This document shows positions 27,701 through 36,427 of a DNA stretch of 49,525 nt, piece by piece. The position numbers were made by a program, and so were the translations under genes. Source of the DNA: a virus (lineage: Duplodnaviria; Caudoviricetes). The notes below the pieces were generated by a model. That model saw nothing but the letters and a program-made list of their open reading frames with translations, had not been told where the DNA came from and did no database searches. Every line of letters begins with the position of its first letter. Position 1 is the first letter of the stretch. The stretch covers positions 1 through 49,525 of the IMG/VR virus record IMGVR_UViG_3300035670_000319. One strand, 5' to 3'.

Positions 27701-27915
27701 TGGCGCGCGAGATCAAGCAGACGATGGAGGGCCAACAGTCCTCCGAACGTGCCGTCTCCGACTTCCTCAAGCTAACTGGTACAGTAGCACCCATCCCGGG
27801 CCTGGGTAACGTCACACGTCTGCTGGACTACAAGGACAGCTATGACGAGGGCAACGAAGGCCCCGACTTCCGCTTCTACAACGCCCTTGTGGAAGGGCCT
27901 GACAGGAACAAGTAA
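21748..27915 (+). CDS. Giant polyvalent ejection protein: JAB/RadC-like domains, HhH glycosylase-like domain, zincin metallopeptidase, long helical C-terminus
   Basis: E...HNHPSG....S..D (JAB); WYD / LSPQ..W..N / KVRNFYNNI / VTIDTH (glycosylase-like); STFLHESAH...HEQWAETFE.Y (HExxH zincin). Confidence 0.8.
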   Translation: MALKDCIGKAGKALDRDDADGMLSLVDQGVSEADAVTQQIVAVEQELADLRQRALAAGAKEVRSLFQGYGPGGGQPDAAAVSEYATEAQLVKVGTRKVGAGNVRTPEDAARATAYLSVNGVERMDALVTDASGKVLAVVGGFKGTVDAASVYKRTIIGEVFGIPGAANVWLSHNHPSGEASLSDADRRLMSEIARTFEGTNVSVRGILAIGAGDGNQRRYTFDAPGADPMVSGTVEMVPGKTKPVLERQITRFGTLGPAISSPDVAIAAVRNIAGSTPGVVMLNTQNAPVGFLPFAPELAAKVKGTGGLEQLYKAFALANASGAIIANPDGAYTREQIDNLAGAIQFGGLEGRPLDAIAYDSTGTGGMSSASRGQMNPTRQYQQSVSTRLPTAKKATENPLEQMLVVGLESSKLDPDAFATNVGLISKYVNFPAGVKTKSPDKRAEIFIDEVVENLLWLHDQVPPETRVRSKLWYDGARAIVDRWVEQYGITDAQACGMIAVLSPQKDWYQNVSLAERVVSILKSKSEHVWDDKMTQTAKTILAKPEYAEDLGEITGKSLSQLTSPYLKAMWLRVYDQTYNERGYHILTPEGDKAEWAVNADGVTRSKTAWGSFNEIGKAISIFEDGSIANISASLGEQHKVRNFYNNIFNPQSQHGDVTIDTHAVAAALLRPLSGSSIEVSHNFGGGGAASSSVFGSKGTYGIYAEAYRRAAAQRGVLPREMQSITWEAIRGLYAATFKAQESNVTAIDNVWKQYRKGELSLDETRNEIVRIAGGVTAPEWEQSGGAAAEGAGQTGDSRKLSGAGVPGGRTGSAASRGRGDTGRGSRELEQRPEQEQPRGRIKLFPDGRRVIELGQASDLSTFLHESAHLFLDLEAQLAAEFGVTEQQQRILDWFGVATFEEITVDHHEQWAETFEAYLREGKAPSVGLRQAFAAFSRWLTTIYKTLMGLPNNKLDAEVRAIFDRLLATQEEIDRAAGNPIYDQFFRSREQAGMTDAEWQKYQEKRAKVKQSATVTLQDKALKQYRKMREDEWNTERAPLVDEEMERLGKQPVYEVIKDISSGYPMDWDATLEVLGADKPTGRLIGKLKKGGVDPAEYAEQYGYPNTRAMLDEILAAPSLKAAATAAAQVRMIEKYGDILNDGTIEQEARDALHNEAQADLLIDEINALDRAPANRVDREYLRTEAVRLIGGLTYREITPERYYQAEIRAARKAATARTPQEKRVAKVQQLANHYLYKEATRVRQEMEKQRRYVRSVQTRQYDTKEVEPQYAQAMRVLANFYELRTKDPNRVPQLDAYLNWHQTQLSDPNGFVASMLTMYDPYLIAALEAKRQGQPISYEIPTFEEMTADQVRGVYEHLRHLRFVGGSMSEQGRAEFNADKASLANSIETNGGRDVRPADVVAPPPSRLDKLTDSLKQLGFSLVNLRNLSRLLDGFNEDGEAYRLLYRLVEDAENVKLQAQRDLYDKYKQEMEGINRVGLNRNEITITTDDGRQWTTDGNQRLMLALYWGSESSREAIREGQGVTDNDVLRVLSTMTPDQLQLVNAIWKINESLWPSLSAAAVRMYGVAPPKLEALPYTINGVTLTGGHMRLYYHSLTDEMKEVQDQGGKFMSIMPSRAGSTIARVGSGGKPVLLDRSNITRAYNDALHFIAYAEPARRLAGLVNSGDVKGVIVRKHGEAMYKSLVENLEGITSNRNEREAIKFFADLSRHIRKMATLRHLAYSIRNALQGLSSIKIAKDEVGAARLMAAYAQVVTSPRETIRTINELSVVMRNRGSLVNRESAEFLREMSFGGPAEAGWNTFVAAGFAPQKLIDSLIAYPVWLARYNQYAEDVASGKMTQRDAVSKADEAVAASVGSGQDLQMGAIFQMNKPEWVKVMTAFGSWFNNYFNRLYRESKGFSGDGFKSWGFYQAALTTPMIVAVMSALIVADEPAEDEDWMSWALKRYGAFMAGLLPLVRDFVSAASGIPSRTPLAMVPETPVRLAREIKQTMEGQQSSERAVSDFLKLTGTVAPIPGLGNVTRLLDYKDSYDEGNEGPDFRFYNALVEGPDRNK
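24038..24238 (+). CDS. Nested +1-frame small protein (G.P.TRENYLALAY type)
   Basis: GGGGAG SD about 10 nt upstream of the ATG. Globular-looking sequence where the host frame is a low-complexity G/A/S/R linker. Confidence 0.6.
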   Translation: MKLETKSSESPGVSLPLSGNNPVVQRLKALGKPVTRENYLALAYPEGAPVPLPAEDEAILDEALES

Positions 27916-27917
27916 TC

Positions 27918-30167
27918 ATGCCCAGCAATCAGCAATCACGACTTGGGCAGGCGCCGGGATCGGGCGCAAAGGAACCGTGCGGGGCGTACTCGCAGGGCAG
28001 CCCGATCACTCGCAGCGGCCTGTACGTTCTGGGCGGTGTCATGCTCACCGAGGGCATGCGCGTACTGGACAAGGACAGCACTCCGGCCAGCAGCCGCGGC
28101 ATCTACGTGGCCAGCGCCGGCACTTGGGAGCGCGCCAAGGACTGGAACGCCGACAATGACCTGCGGTCCGGCACGATGATCCCGGTCCCCGACAAGGTCT
28201 ATCAAGTCCAGTTCGTCGGCACGCACGTGATTGACGCGACGAGCTACAGCTTCGCTGAGGCCGTGTCCTTTCAGTCGATCGTCACGGAAGAACAATCGCT
28301 GCTGACCGGCGCGACCACCTTCACGACTGCGACGCCGTTCAAGGCGACCGACAAGGTCGCTGTGTACATCAACGGTCTGCGCGAAGACGACATCACCCTC
28401 ACGCCTCCGAACACCATTACGTTCCCGGCGCTGTCTGCCAATGCCGACGTGCTGGTCGATCTGTCGATCGCCAGTGCCGCCCTGAGCGTGACGGACGCGC
28501 AGCTGCGCGCCGATCTCGCCAGCAACGTCAGCGGGAAGGGCGCTGCGCTCGTCAAGTTCGAGGGCGGCAGCAATACCGTGCAGGACTTGGCGGGGACGGA
28601 TTCGGGGGAAGGCGGATATCTGGTCGGGTACAAGCAGCGCAGCAGCACAAATGCCCCAAGCATTACGATGGGTCGTGATGCAGACAATGAAATCCATCTG
28701 TTCAATTATTTGAGCGACGCCGAATTAGCGGACGTTCTCGCCGGAACGCTTTTGGTTGACGTAACGGCGAAGGCGCAGCAAGCGTTTGATGATTGGATCA
28801 GCAAGGGCAACGCCAATCAGCGTGGTATGACGCTCGTGTTCCCAGAAGGTGAGGCGCTCATCACCGGCCTAAACATCGGGTTCGTTACGGGCGGCAGTGG
28901 ATCAGCGGCTACCCGTGATGTCTACAACAAGACATATCGCGGTGGCGGTCGCTTTGTCGGGACCAAGACCAATGGTCCCTTGGTCAACATCGAAGGCGTG
29001 CTCAACAGCGATTTGTATTCGCTGCGTGTAAAAAACCTCTCTGTGGCCGCAACGTCGCGTGCCGTTCGCATGGCCCGCTATTACGGCGCCAATTGCTTCG
29101 GCGGTCTGTTTACGGGTGGAGAAGCCGCGCTAGAACTGCAAGGCAACCTCACGAATTTCTACGGCACTGGATTCACCGAGGCCGGGACGGGCGTTCTCGT
29201 CACCGGCAGCACCGCGAACTGCGTCGGCATCAACCTCAATCAGTGCGATTTTGAGCGCAACACGCAGTACAACATCAACATCAACCGTACCAGCGGCACG
29301 CAGCCATCGATTGCTATCCGGGACAGCTATTTCGAGTCTGACTCTGCGTCAATGCTGGCGCATATCCGTCTCGCCAACATCCTGACGGCAAAGATCGACG
29401 GTAACTATTTCGGGTTCAATCGGACGATGGACGGTATCGTCATTGCCGGAACGCTGTCCGCAGCAACGGATATCAACGCGCTGGTCGGTCGTAACCAGAT
29501 TCGCATTTTGGACAACCTGGGATCTATCAACGTCGCCGCGATCAAGGTCAATTTCATCGCCCGCGAGTCGGGTACTGCTGATACTGCTCTACGCGGCGTG
29601 CGCTATCGGGGCAATCGTCTGCAAGGTAATACCAGCGCGGATACGGTTCTAGGTCCGACAGGGGCTTACTCCGGCAGCGCCAATGCCGGGCACGTTTACT
29701 CAATTAATGAGGAAGGCTTTCGGTTTCCTGTCAAGGTCGAGAATTTCGATTTCTCGTCGCTGTCTGGTGGCGCAGGCAGCGCCCCGAATAACTGGATCAA
29801 CGCTATTGGAGCAGCACCAACAAGTGCGGCGACCATCAGCCCCTACGGCGGCGGGAACTCGCTGGTCAAGGCAGACGGTTACGTCTACCAGCAGGTAAGC
29901 GTAAAGACGAACACGCTTTACAGATTCACCGCTTACACGCAGTGCAGCGCAGCAACTGCAACTGCACGCCTGCAAATCTTCAACACTGCTTTGAGCGTTA
30001 ACCTTGCTCAGTCGGACGGTTCGACTTCAACGACTCCGGTCCTGCAAGAAGTGTGGTGGTACAACACGACCGAGACAGCGGTGCGCCTGCTGCTGCGTGA
30101 AACTGCAGATAGTGGTGCAGCTTCGGTATCGTTCTCTGAAGTCAAGATGATCGACTACACGAATTAA
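27918..30167 (+). CDS. Tailspike/tail fibre 1 (beta-helix, C-terminal carbohydrate-binding-like domain)
   Basis: N-terminal NGIY-like/W.RA.D anchor, LA...GAALV motif, DVT...QQA.D...LVFPEG start of beta-helix, Asn/Gly-rich body. Confidence 0.8.
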   Translation: MPSNQQSRLGQAPGSGAKEPCGAYSQGSPITRSGLYVLGGVMLTEGMRVLDKDSTPASSRGIYVASAGTWERAKDWNADNDLRSGTMIPVPDKVYQVQFVGTHVIDATSYSFAEAVSFQSIVTEEQSLLTGATTFTTATPFKATDKVAVYINGLREDDITLTPPNTITFPALSANADVLVDLSIASAALSVTDAQLRADLASNVSGKGAALVKFEGGSNTVQDLAGTDSGEGGYLVGYKQRSSTNAPSITMGRDADNEIHLFNYLSDAELADVLAGTLLVDVTAKAQQAFDDWISKGNANQRGMTLVFPEGEALITGLNIGFVTGGSGSAATRDVYNKTYRGGGRFVGTKTNGPLVNIEGVLNSDLYSLRVKNLSVAATSRAVRMARYYGANCFGGLFTGGEAALELQGNLTNFYGTGFTEAGTGVLVTGSTANCVGINLNQCDFERNTQYNININRTSGTQPSIAIRDSYFESDSASMLAHIRLANILTAKIDGNYFGFNRTMDGIVIAGTLSAATDINALVGRNQIRILDNLGSINVAAIKVNFIARESGTADTALRGVRYRGNRLQGNTSADTVLGPTGAYSGSANAGHVYSINEEGFRFPVKVENFDFSSLSGGAGSAPNNWINAIGAAPTSAATISPYGGGNSLVKADGYVYQQVSVKTNTLYRFTAYTQCSAATATARLQIFNTALSVNLAQSDGSTSTTPVLQEVWWYNTTETAVRLLLRETADSGAASVSFSEVKMIDYTN

Positions 30168-30179
30168 GGAACCAAACAA

Positions 30180-31958
30180 ATGACCACACAACAAATTGAC
30201 ATTGCACAGATCGTCCAGCAGCCGGACATTGCTCGGCTTAGCGCGCTTGCTGGCGCGGGCGGTGCTGCGCTGATCGGCGGCAGTCTCCTACGCGTCGCCA
30301 ACGTGACAGCGGCGCGCGCTCTGACAGCCGCAACAGACGGCTCTGTTCTTTTCATCGACGGCAAAGACGGCGGCCTGTTCCGGCGCGATTCAACCGATAC
30401 GACGAGTGTAGAGAACGGCGCTAGTTTCTGCGGCACGATTATCCGCGACACGACCTACGCCACGGCCGGCGTGTGGAAGCGTGTATACGATGCCGAAGTT
30501 GATCCGCGCTGGTTTGGCGCGGCACTTGACGGCGTGGCAACAGATGACACTCCGGTTTCTTCCGCTCTTGCCGTTGGTGACACAGTTATTTCCAGCGGCA
30601 CCGCGCTGATCGACAACATCACCATGTCCACCGCCCGTCGGCGTCTTCGCGTTGCGCGTGGGGCGACACTGAAGCTCAAGACTCCGGCCGTTGCATTTAC
30701 CACCGGTGTGACGGTGAGTGCCAATGATTGCTCAGTGCTGATCGAAGGGACGCTAGACATTAACAGCACGACGCGCACCGGCATCGATGTAGGCGCTGAC
30801 CGCGTGACAGTGGACGTTGAGGAAATCGTAAACGGCACGGCGGATGTAGATTCCGGCGGTTCCGTTTCTGGCGTTCGCTTCAACAGCGGCGTGGATGGCT
30901 ACTGCATCATCCGCAAGGGTCGCAATTTCACCAACACCGGAAATACCAACGGCAGCACTCCACGCTTGCTGTCGGTTCAAGGCACGACGGATCGGTTTCA
31001 CTGTTCGCTGGTCAAAGGCTTCAACATTGGCGGCTCGACTGTTGTCACTGCGGGTAGCGGTGCTATGGTCTTTGGAACCATCGACACCGAGGATTGCGCC
31101 GATAACGGTCTGTACAACTTCGGCACGAATGTCACCGTTGACAAGATCATCTATCGCGGCAACGAAGAAGCCGTCATTAACGCAGGCGGACTGAATCTTG
31201 GTACGCTGGAACTGCGCGACAGCGTAGTGTCGGGGCTTGGTCTGCAAAGCGCCAACTACACGCAAGTAGACAACATCAGCATCGTGCCTGGCGCAAGCTC
31301 GGCCGTCACGCCACTATCCATCATGCGGACTCGCGCCGATAACGTGGCGAGCGGTCCCGTCACCATCGGTCGCGTCACCGGACGTCTGCGCGGCTCGTCT
31401 CTGTTCCAGCTTTCCACGGGCACGGTATCGCGTCTCGATCTTGGCGATTGGGATGTTGACTACGAATATGACGCAGGCGTGTCTGGCGTCATCACTTCGT
31501 GGGCGGTCATGACCGGCGTTCAGCAGTACAACGTGAATGACATTCGCGTCCGGATCATTGACGTCAACAACGTGCTGACCGGCGCAAATATCTTCCAGTG
31601 GCAGTTCCCGACCTCTGTGGTGGCCGACAGCTTCATCAAGGATATTCGGATCGGGCTGGTGAACGCGGATGAGACGACGGCCAGCGCGGCAACTCTCCGC
31701 ATGACCAGCATCGCGGTTGCCCGCGTCATGCTGGACGGCATCATCATTCAGGACGTTGCCGGCACGATCTACGGGAAGGAATATGTGATTGGCGCCGCGC
31801 AATATGGTGCGGCCGGTAACGTGATTCTCGGCACCGCTGCCCCTACGGGCGGGCATTGGAAGCAAGGCACAGACCTCGTGCTGGCAAATAAGGCGGCTGC
31901 GCCGTTTCGGGCTCGCTGCACGGTCACCGGGACACCAGGAACGTGGGTGCTGTACTAA
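30180..31958 (+). CDS. Tailspike 2 (beta-helix depolymerase-like)
   Basis: DGGLF..D...G.WKR and P.WFGA..DGV.DD motifs, C-terminal C...GTPGTW. Confidence 0.8.
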   Translation: MTTQQIDIAQIVQQPDIARLSALAGAGGAALIGGSLLRVANVTAARALTAATDGSVLFIDGKDGGLFRRDSTDTTSVENGASFCGTIIRDTTYATAGVWKRVYDAEVDPRWFGAALDGVATDDTPVSSALAVGDTVISSGTALIDNITMSTARRRLRVARGATLKLKTPAVAFTTGVTVSANDCSVLIEGTLDINSTTRTGIDVGADRVTVDVEEIVNGTADVDSGGSVSGVRFNSGVDGYCIIRKGRNFTNTGNTNGSTPRLLSVQGTTDRFHCSLVKGFNIGGSTVVTAGSGAMVFGTIDTEDCADNGLYNFGTNVTVDKIIYRGNEEAVINAGGLNLGTLELRDSVVSGLGLQSANYTQVDNISIVPGASSAVTPLSIMRTRADNVASGPVTIGRVTGRLRGSSLFQLSTGTVSRLDLGDWDVDYEYDAGVSGVITSWAVMTGVQQYNVNDIRVRIIDVNNVLTGANIFQWQFPTSVVADSFIKDIRIGLVNADETTASAATLRMTSIAVARVMLDGIIIQDVAGTIYGKEYVIGAAQYGAAGNVILGTAAPTGGHWKQGTDLVLANKAAAPFRARCTVTGTPGTWVLY

Positions 31959-32500
31959 TGACCCCCGACCAGCTTGCCCAGTTCGCCCCTGCTGCAGCCC
32001 GTTTCCACGCGGCGCTGCAGGACTGTTTCAAGCGGTGGGGGATCAACACCACGCAGCGGCAGTGCGCGTTCCTCGCGCAAGTGGCGCACGAGTCCGGCGG
32101 GTTCAAGTACGTGCGCGAGATCTGGGGGCCGACCGACGCCCAGAAGCGCTACGAGCCGCCCAGCAAGCTGGCGCAGCGCCTGGGGAACACCCAGCCGGGC
32201 GACGGCAAGCGCTTCATGGGCCGCGGCCTGATCCAGATCACGGGGCGGGCGAACTACTCCCAGTGCAGCCATGCGCTGTTCGATGACTTCGGCCTGCTGC
32301 TGGACACGCCCGAGATGCTGGAGCTGCCGGAGCATGCGGCCTCGAGCGCCGGCTGGTTCTGGTCCTCGCGCGGCCTGAACGCGATCGCCGACGCTGGCGA
32401 CTTCGAGAAGATCACCCGGCGGATCAACGGCGGCCTGAACGGCTACGAGGACCGGCAGCGGTGGTGGGCGAAGGCCAAGCAGATGTTCATGGTGCACTGA
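31958..32500 (+). CDS. Endolysin, glycoside hydrolase family 19
   Basis: FLAQVAHES, GRGLIQITGR.NY and TRRINGG.NG motifs. Confidence 0.95.
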   Translation: MTPDQLAQFAPAAARFHAALQDCFKRWGINTTQRQCAFLAQVAHESGGFKYVREIWGPTDAQKRYEPPSKLAQRLGNTQPGDGKRFMGRGLIQITGRANYSQCSHALFDDFGLLLDTPEMLELPEHAASSAGWFWSSRGLNAIADAGDFEKITRRINGGLNGYEDRQRWWAKAKQMFMVH

Positions 32501-32503
32501 CCC

Positions 32504-32740
32504 ATGAGCCTGAGCAGCCGCTTCCTTGAGCTTGTCACCGACAGCAGCGACGGCAAGCTGTCGTGGTCCAAGTGCGGGGCGATCATCGCCGGTACAGCCT
32601 TCACCTACAAGATGGTGGCCGACCGACCCGACGACTGGCTGCTGTGGACCATCTACATGCTGACCGTGGGCGGCTACGTGGTGCTGCTGAAACTGCTGAA
32701 CCTTCGCTATGGAGGCGGCAATGCCCGCACTACTCCTTAA
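32504..32740 (+). CDS. Putative holin
   Basis: 78 aa, two hydrophobic segments, GKLSWSK motif, lies between lysin and spanins. Confidence 0.65.
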   Translation: MSLSSRFLELVTDSSDGKLSWSKCGAIIAGTAFTYKMVADRPDDWLLWTIYMLTVGGYVVLLKLLNLRYGGGNARTTP

Positions 32741-33083
32741 CCCCTACGTCCTGCTCGGCCTGCTGCTGGCGCTGATGGGCTCGCACTGGTACGCCTACCG
32801 TACCGGCATCGAGCGCGAGCAGGACGCCCAGGCCAGCCGTGAACTGCTGATTCAGCAAGCGGCACAGAGTACCGCTAGCCTGACGGCCGAAACCATTGCT
32901 AAGATTGAGGTCAAGCATGTGACCATCCGGCAGATTGCGGAGCGCGAGATCCATGAGAAACCTGTGTATCGCGATTGCCGCCACACTCCTGACGGGATGC
33001 GCGTGCTTAACGCCGCGCTCGCCGGAACCGAGCCCGCTGGTGATCTCCAGCTGCCCGCCGCTGGTGGCCCTGACACGCGATGA
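32721..33083 (+). CDS. Rz: Inner-membrane spanin
   Basis: N-terminal TM segment, helical periplasmic part, PVY.DC motif, GGAGG SD. Confidence 0.8.
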   Translation: MPALLLNPYVLLGLLLALMGSHWYAYRTGIEREQDAQASRELLIQQAAQSTASLTAETIAKIEVKHVTIRQIAEREIHEKPVYRDCRHTPDGMRVLNAALAGTEPAGDLQLPAAGGPDTR

Positions 33084-33174
33084 CTTCGGTGCTACCACGC
33101 TCAAGCTCATCGATGTGGCAAGCCAGTACCACAAGTGCCGTACCGCGGCGCTCGGAAAGGATGCGAAGCCGTGA
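32953..33174 (+). CDS. Rz1: Outer-membrane spanin lipoprotein, overlapping Rz
   Basis: Lipobox LLTGC, Pro-rich, CP.L...Y..C motif. Confidence 0.8.
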   Translation: MRNLCIAIAATLLTGCACLTPRSPEPSPLVISSCPPLVALTRDDFGATTLKLIDVASQYHKCRTAALGKDAKP

Positions 33175-33587
33175 GTTCAACAACGCCTGGCGACCAGTTC
33201 ACTCGTCAATTCGAGCAAAAGCGTATGTCGGATAACGGCGAGCCGCGCATGTTCGTGTGGGACGAAGACACCCGCAAGTTCATCTCAAGCCTGGTCACGG
33301 AGCTGCACAAGCGAGCTCGTCAGGATATGGTGGCCGCATTCGGTGTGCTACCCGAGATCCACGCCGAGCAGCACACCACCATGCAAGAGCTGATCCCCTG
33401 GATCAAGGCGCAGCGCGACGTGGCCGAACGTCGCGCTGCGCTGTATGCCCGCATCACTACCGACGCCTTCATCGATGCGCTGCGATGGGCGATGAAGTGG
33501 GGCATCCTGCTGATACTGGCGTCCGTGGCGTACGGCATTCTGCCAGGCGTCAAGGCCATCGTCGGCATGATTCTCAGCGGCGGCTAG
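33171..33587 (+). CDS. Hypothetical membrane protein
   Basis: GTGA-coupled to Rz1, C-terminal TM segment. Confidence 0.65.
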   Translation: MSSTTPGDQFTRQFEQKRMSDNGEPRMFVWDEDTRKFISSLVTELHKRARQDMVAAFGVLPEIHAEQHTTMQELIPWIKAQRDVAERRAALYARITTDAFIDALRWAMKWGILLILASVAYGILPGVKAIVGMILSGG

Positions 33588-33805
33588 GCTCGCGTGCCGC
33601 GCAACCACGCGGCTTTCTCACCCGTCTTGCGCATCTGTTTGCTACGCGCTCGACCGGCGATCTGACACAACTGACTGGTGGTCAAGGCTGGCCGCGTGCA
33701 CTTGGCGTCGCTGTGCTTGCGTCGGATTCTTTCTTTCAGCGCGGCATCTGACACGCAAGGCGGCGTGAGCGGCCGCAACTTCTCGAACCGCTCACGATTC
33801 GTCAT
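33584..33805 (-). CDS. Small basic hypothetical protein, paralog 2
   Basis: MTNRERFEKLRPLTP..VSD..L.ERIRR, similar to 113-421. Confidence 0.7.
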   Translation of the reverse strand: MTNRERFEKLRPLTPPCVSDAALKERIRRKHSDAKCTRPALTTSQLCQIAGRARSKQMRKTGEKAAWLRGTRA

Positions 33806-33995
33806 CGAGCACCTTACGCTGCAGCCGGATCATCCGTTCGATCGTGACCTGTATCAGCGCCACGCCCAGGACGCCAGCGACCATTGCGACAGGTACGTCG
33901 GCCTGCAACATGGACCGTACGCTGACGCCGAGCAGGAACATGCTGACCGACAACTGCAGCAGGACCATCAGTACGGCACGTACCGGCACGATCAT
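33792..33995 (-). CDS. Small two-TM membrane protein
   Basis: Hydrophobic, translationally coupled. Confidence 0.6.
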   Translation of the reverse strand: MIVPVRAVLMVLLQLSVSMFLLGVSVRSMLQADVPVAMVAGVLGVALIQVTIERMIRLQRKVLDDES

Positions 33996-34138
33996 GACGT
34001 GCTCCCCATTGCGTGATCGATGACCACTCGCAGGTCTGCCACGAACTGCTCGTCCGTGTAGTAGTCAACACCCTTGCCAGCCTCGAACATCTCGATCAGC
34101 TTGCGCAGACGCTCCGCTGCTTGTTGTGCTTCGGTCAC
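33992..34138 (-). CDS. Small hypothetical protein (48 aa, below the ORF-track cutoff)
   Basis: GTG start overlaps the upstream stop. Reads MTEAQQAAERLRKLIEMFEAG. Stop overlaps the next ATG. Confidence 0.6.
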   Translation of the reverse strand: MTEAQQAAERLRKLIEMFEAGKGVDYYTDEQFVADLRVVIDHAMGSTS

Positions 34139-34389
34139 AGTCCTACTCCCTGGGCAAGTACACGCAGCACCACGATGATACCCGCGCTGAGGGCGATGTA
34201 AGCGCCGGTCTTGAACATGACACCGATCACGCGATCGGCGGTACGGAACAGCGCGTCTTGCTGCGCGATCAGCCCGGTGTCGCTGGGCTCAGGTTGCGGC
34301 GGCAACGTGACCGCCATCGGGCGCGAACCGAACATCCGGTCACGCAGCGTGAGGCGGAACTGCGGCGCCTGGTCGTGATAGATCATCAC
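34135..34389 (-). CDS. Small membrane protein
   Basis: AGGAG SD, C-terminal TM segment. Confidence 0.6.
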   Translation of the reverse strand: MMIYHDQAPQFRLTLRDRMFGSRPMAVTLPPQPEPSDTGLIAQQDALFRTADRVIGVMFKTGAYIALSAGIIVVLRVLAQGVGL

Positions 34390-34402
34390 ACTCTCCTAGT
34401 GG

Positions 34403-36367
34403 TTACTGGTGAGACTTGATCTTACTGCCCGTTGCGTCAATAAGCAAGCGGGCCTGATCGATGTAGTAGCGATAGTTGATATTGGTCCGATCGATCTGGC
34501 GGATGTCGTTGCAGACGTGGATCTTGTACCCGACCTGCAGACCCGTCCGGCGCGCTTCGTACACGCTCTTGTTCTTGGTGTGGATGCGCGGGTCGTGCAC
34601 GCCGGTCTGATTGAGCGTCACGTAGTCGCGATCCGACACGCCCGTGCCCTGCTTGTAGTCGCCGATTTTGCGGCCAGGAGGCGGCGGCATCGTCTTGAAC
34701 AGGGCCTGACCATCCGTCGACACATAGTAGCGGATTGTGTTTTGCAGGCGCGTGCCGTCCTCCAGTTCCAGACTGCTTGCCCTCGGAACCTTGGCACGCA
34801 ACATGAAGTCCATCACGTCGGGGTGCCCATAGATGTACTGCTCCAGGTCCGCACCTTCGATGAGTACCGCCTCGGCGGCTTTGGCCACGATCAGCTCGCT
34901 GTGGTCCTTGTGCCATTCGAGCACGTACTCGTACGCGCCCTTGCGCTTCACGCCCTTGCCGTTCTCTTTCTCGGCGATATAGCTGTTCACGTCGCGGATG
35001 AACATGCGCGAGTAGCGGGCTTCCTCCAAGTCCAGTCGAGTCAGCTTCTGCCACCATTCGGTGATCTGGTAGACCAGCGGCAACAACGTGCGCTTGACGC
35101 GTATGGTCATGCCGTCCGTGTTGATCTGCAGCAGTTGCAGATCCGGCAGGGTGAGCATTTTCTCGGCCATCATGCACAGCAGCAACTGCCCGTTGACGGT
35201 GATGCTCATCGTGTACTGCGGGTCATAGAACGGACTGTACGGATTGTTGCTGTCGCCATACACACCGTTGAGCGCCAGTTTCAGCATCGCGTTCTCTGCG
35301 CTACCTTTCTTGTACTGCACGCGCTGCGCCTTCATGTCCGCGTAGATGTCACAGAACTGATCGCCCAGATGCTGCGGATAGAAACGATTGACGATCGCCA
35401 GCGACGGGTAGTAGCTGGTGACGTCCAGGTCGAGAATGCACCACTCATCATCCGCCTCAAAGGTCTGACCCAGCACCGACCCGTGAATACCACCCGTGCC
35501 GAAGTGGAACGTGAAGCCGTGCACGGTGCATTGGACGTCGGAGAAAACCCCGATGGTTTCCTGGATCACCTGGGCGCGCAACCACAGCAGTACGCGATTC
35601 AGTTCGGGATGATCGAACTGCACGTACCGCAAGATCACGTCGTTGAGCGCGATCATCGGACGGTGCGTCTGCCGAGGCTCGCGCTGACCGGGCGGATAGC
35701 ACACGCCGGGCGTGTGTTCCTCCAGCTTCATCACGAAGTAGTCTTTGCCGATCTTGGTGTCGTTGTGGTTCGTGAAGTCGCGACCGTATCGTGCCGTGAG
35801 CTGGTCACGAAACTCGATCATTTCGGTCGAGTGATAGTAGAACTTCATCGTCTCAGCGACGTCGTGCAGGTTGTAGTGCAGGAGTGTCGGAACCTGATCC
35901 GCAGTCAGGAACGAGCCCACCGGGAACGGCAGGTCTTCGATGCTGTGACTGCGCATGTTGAACTCCAGCACTTTGAGGCTGGTAGCACGCGCCTTGTTGT
36001 TGAAGTGATGTATCAGGAACAGATCGACTTGTGGTATCAGCACTTCGTACGACGCAACGCGCGTGCCAAACTTGTCCTGGCTGCCGATGATCTGCTGCAC
36101 GCGCTGATAGATTTCCGCGGCTGTCTGCGTCCGTCCGGTCAGGATGTAGTGCAGGACCGGGTAGTCGAAGCCCACATTGTTGAAGCCGATCAACCGCACG
36201 CACTGCTCCTGGAGCCAGCGGCAAAACTCGATCAGCTGCCACAGGTCATTGCGCCAGTCGCTGATCTCGAACACGCGCACCAGACCCGTGTCGCACTGCA
36301 TGAACGTGGCGGTGAAGACGTTGGGGTATGTCTCGAGGTCATACACCCAGTTGAGAGGTTTGTTCAT
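34403..36367 (-). CDS. DNA polymerase, family B, with 3'-5' exonuclease
   Basis: YDLETY, GFNN..FD and YN.HD (exonuclease); DVTSYYPS, KLALNGVYG and NTDG (polymerase motifs A, B, C). Confidence 0.93.
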   Translation of the reverse strand: MNKPLNWVYDLETYPNVFTATFMQCDTGLVRVFEISDWRNDLWQLIEFCRWLQEQCVRLIGFNNVGFDYPVLHYILTGRTQTAAEIYQRVQQIIGSQDKFGTRVASYEVLIPQVDLFLIHHFNNKARATSLKVLEFNMRSHSIEDLPFPVGSFLTADQVPTLLHYNLHDVAETMKFYYHSTEMIEFRDQLTARYGRDFTNHNDTKIGKDYFVMKLEEHTPGVCYPPGQREPRQTHRPMIALNDVILRYVQFDHPELNRVLLWLRAQVIQETIGVFSDVQCTVHGFTFHFGTGGIHGSVLGQTFEADDEWCILDLDVTSYYPSLAIVNRFYPQHLGDQFCDIYADMKAQRVQYKKGSAENAMLKLALNGVYGDSNNPYSPFYDPQYTMSITVNGQLLLCMMAEKMLTLPDLQLLQINTDGMTIRVKRTLLPLVYQITEWWQKLTRLDLEEARYSRMFIRDVNSYIAEKENGKGVKRKGAYEYVLEWHKDHSELIVAKAAEAVLIEGADLEQYIYGHPDVMDFMLRAKVPRASSLELEDGTRLQNTIRYYVSTDGQALFKTMPPPPGRKIGDYKQGTGVSDRDYVTLNQTGVHDPRIHTKNKSVYEARRTGLQVGYKIHVCNDIRQIDRTNINYRYYIDQARLLIDATGSKIKSHQ

Positions 36368-36427
36368 TGCGTCATCCTGAGAAAGAACGGCCCGCCTCGC
36401 GCGGGCCGTCCGTGCTGCTGCTTGCCG

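Noticed and set aside
27918-33587. Diversity-generating retroelement, as expected from the BPP-1-like virion genes
   Set aside because: No reverse transcriptase ORF and no TR/VR repeat pair seen.
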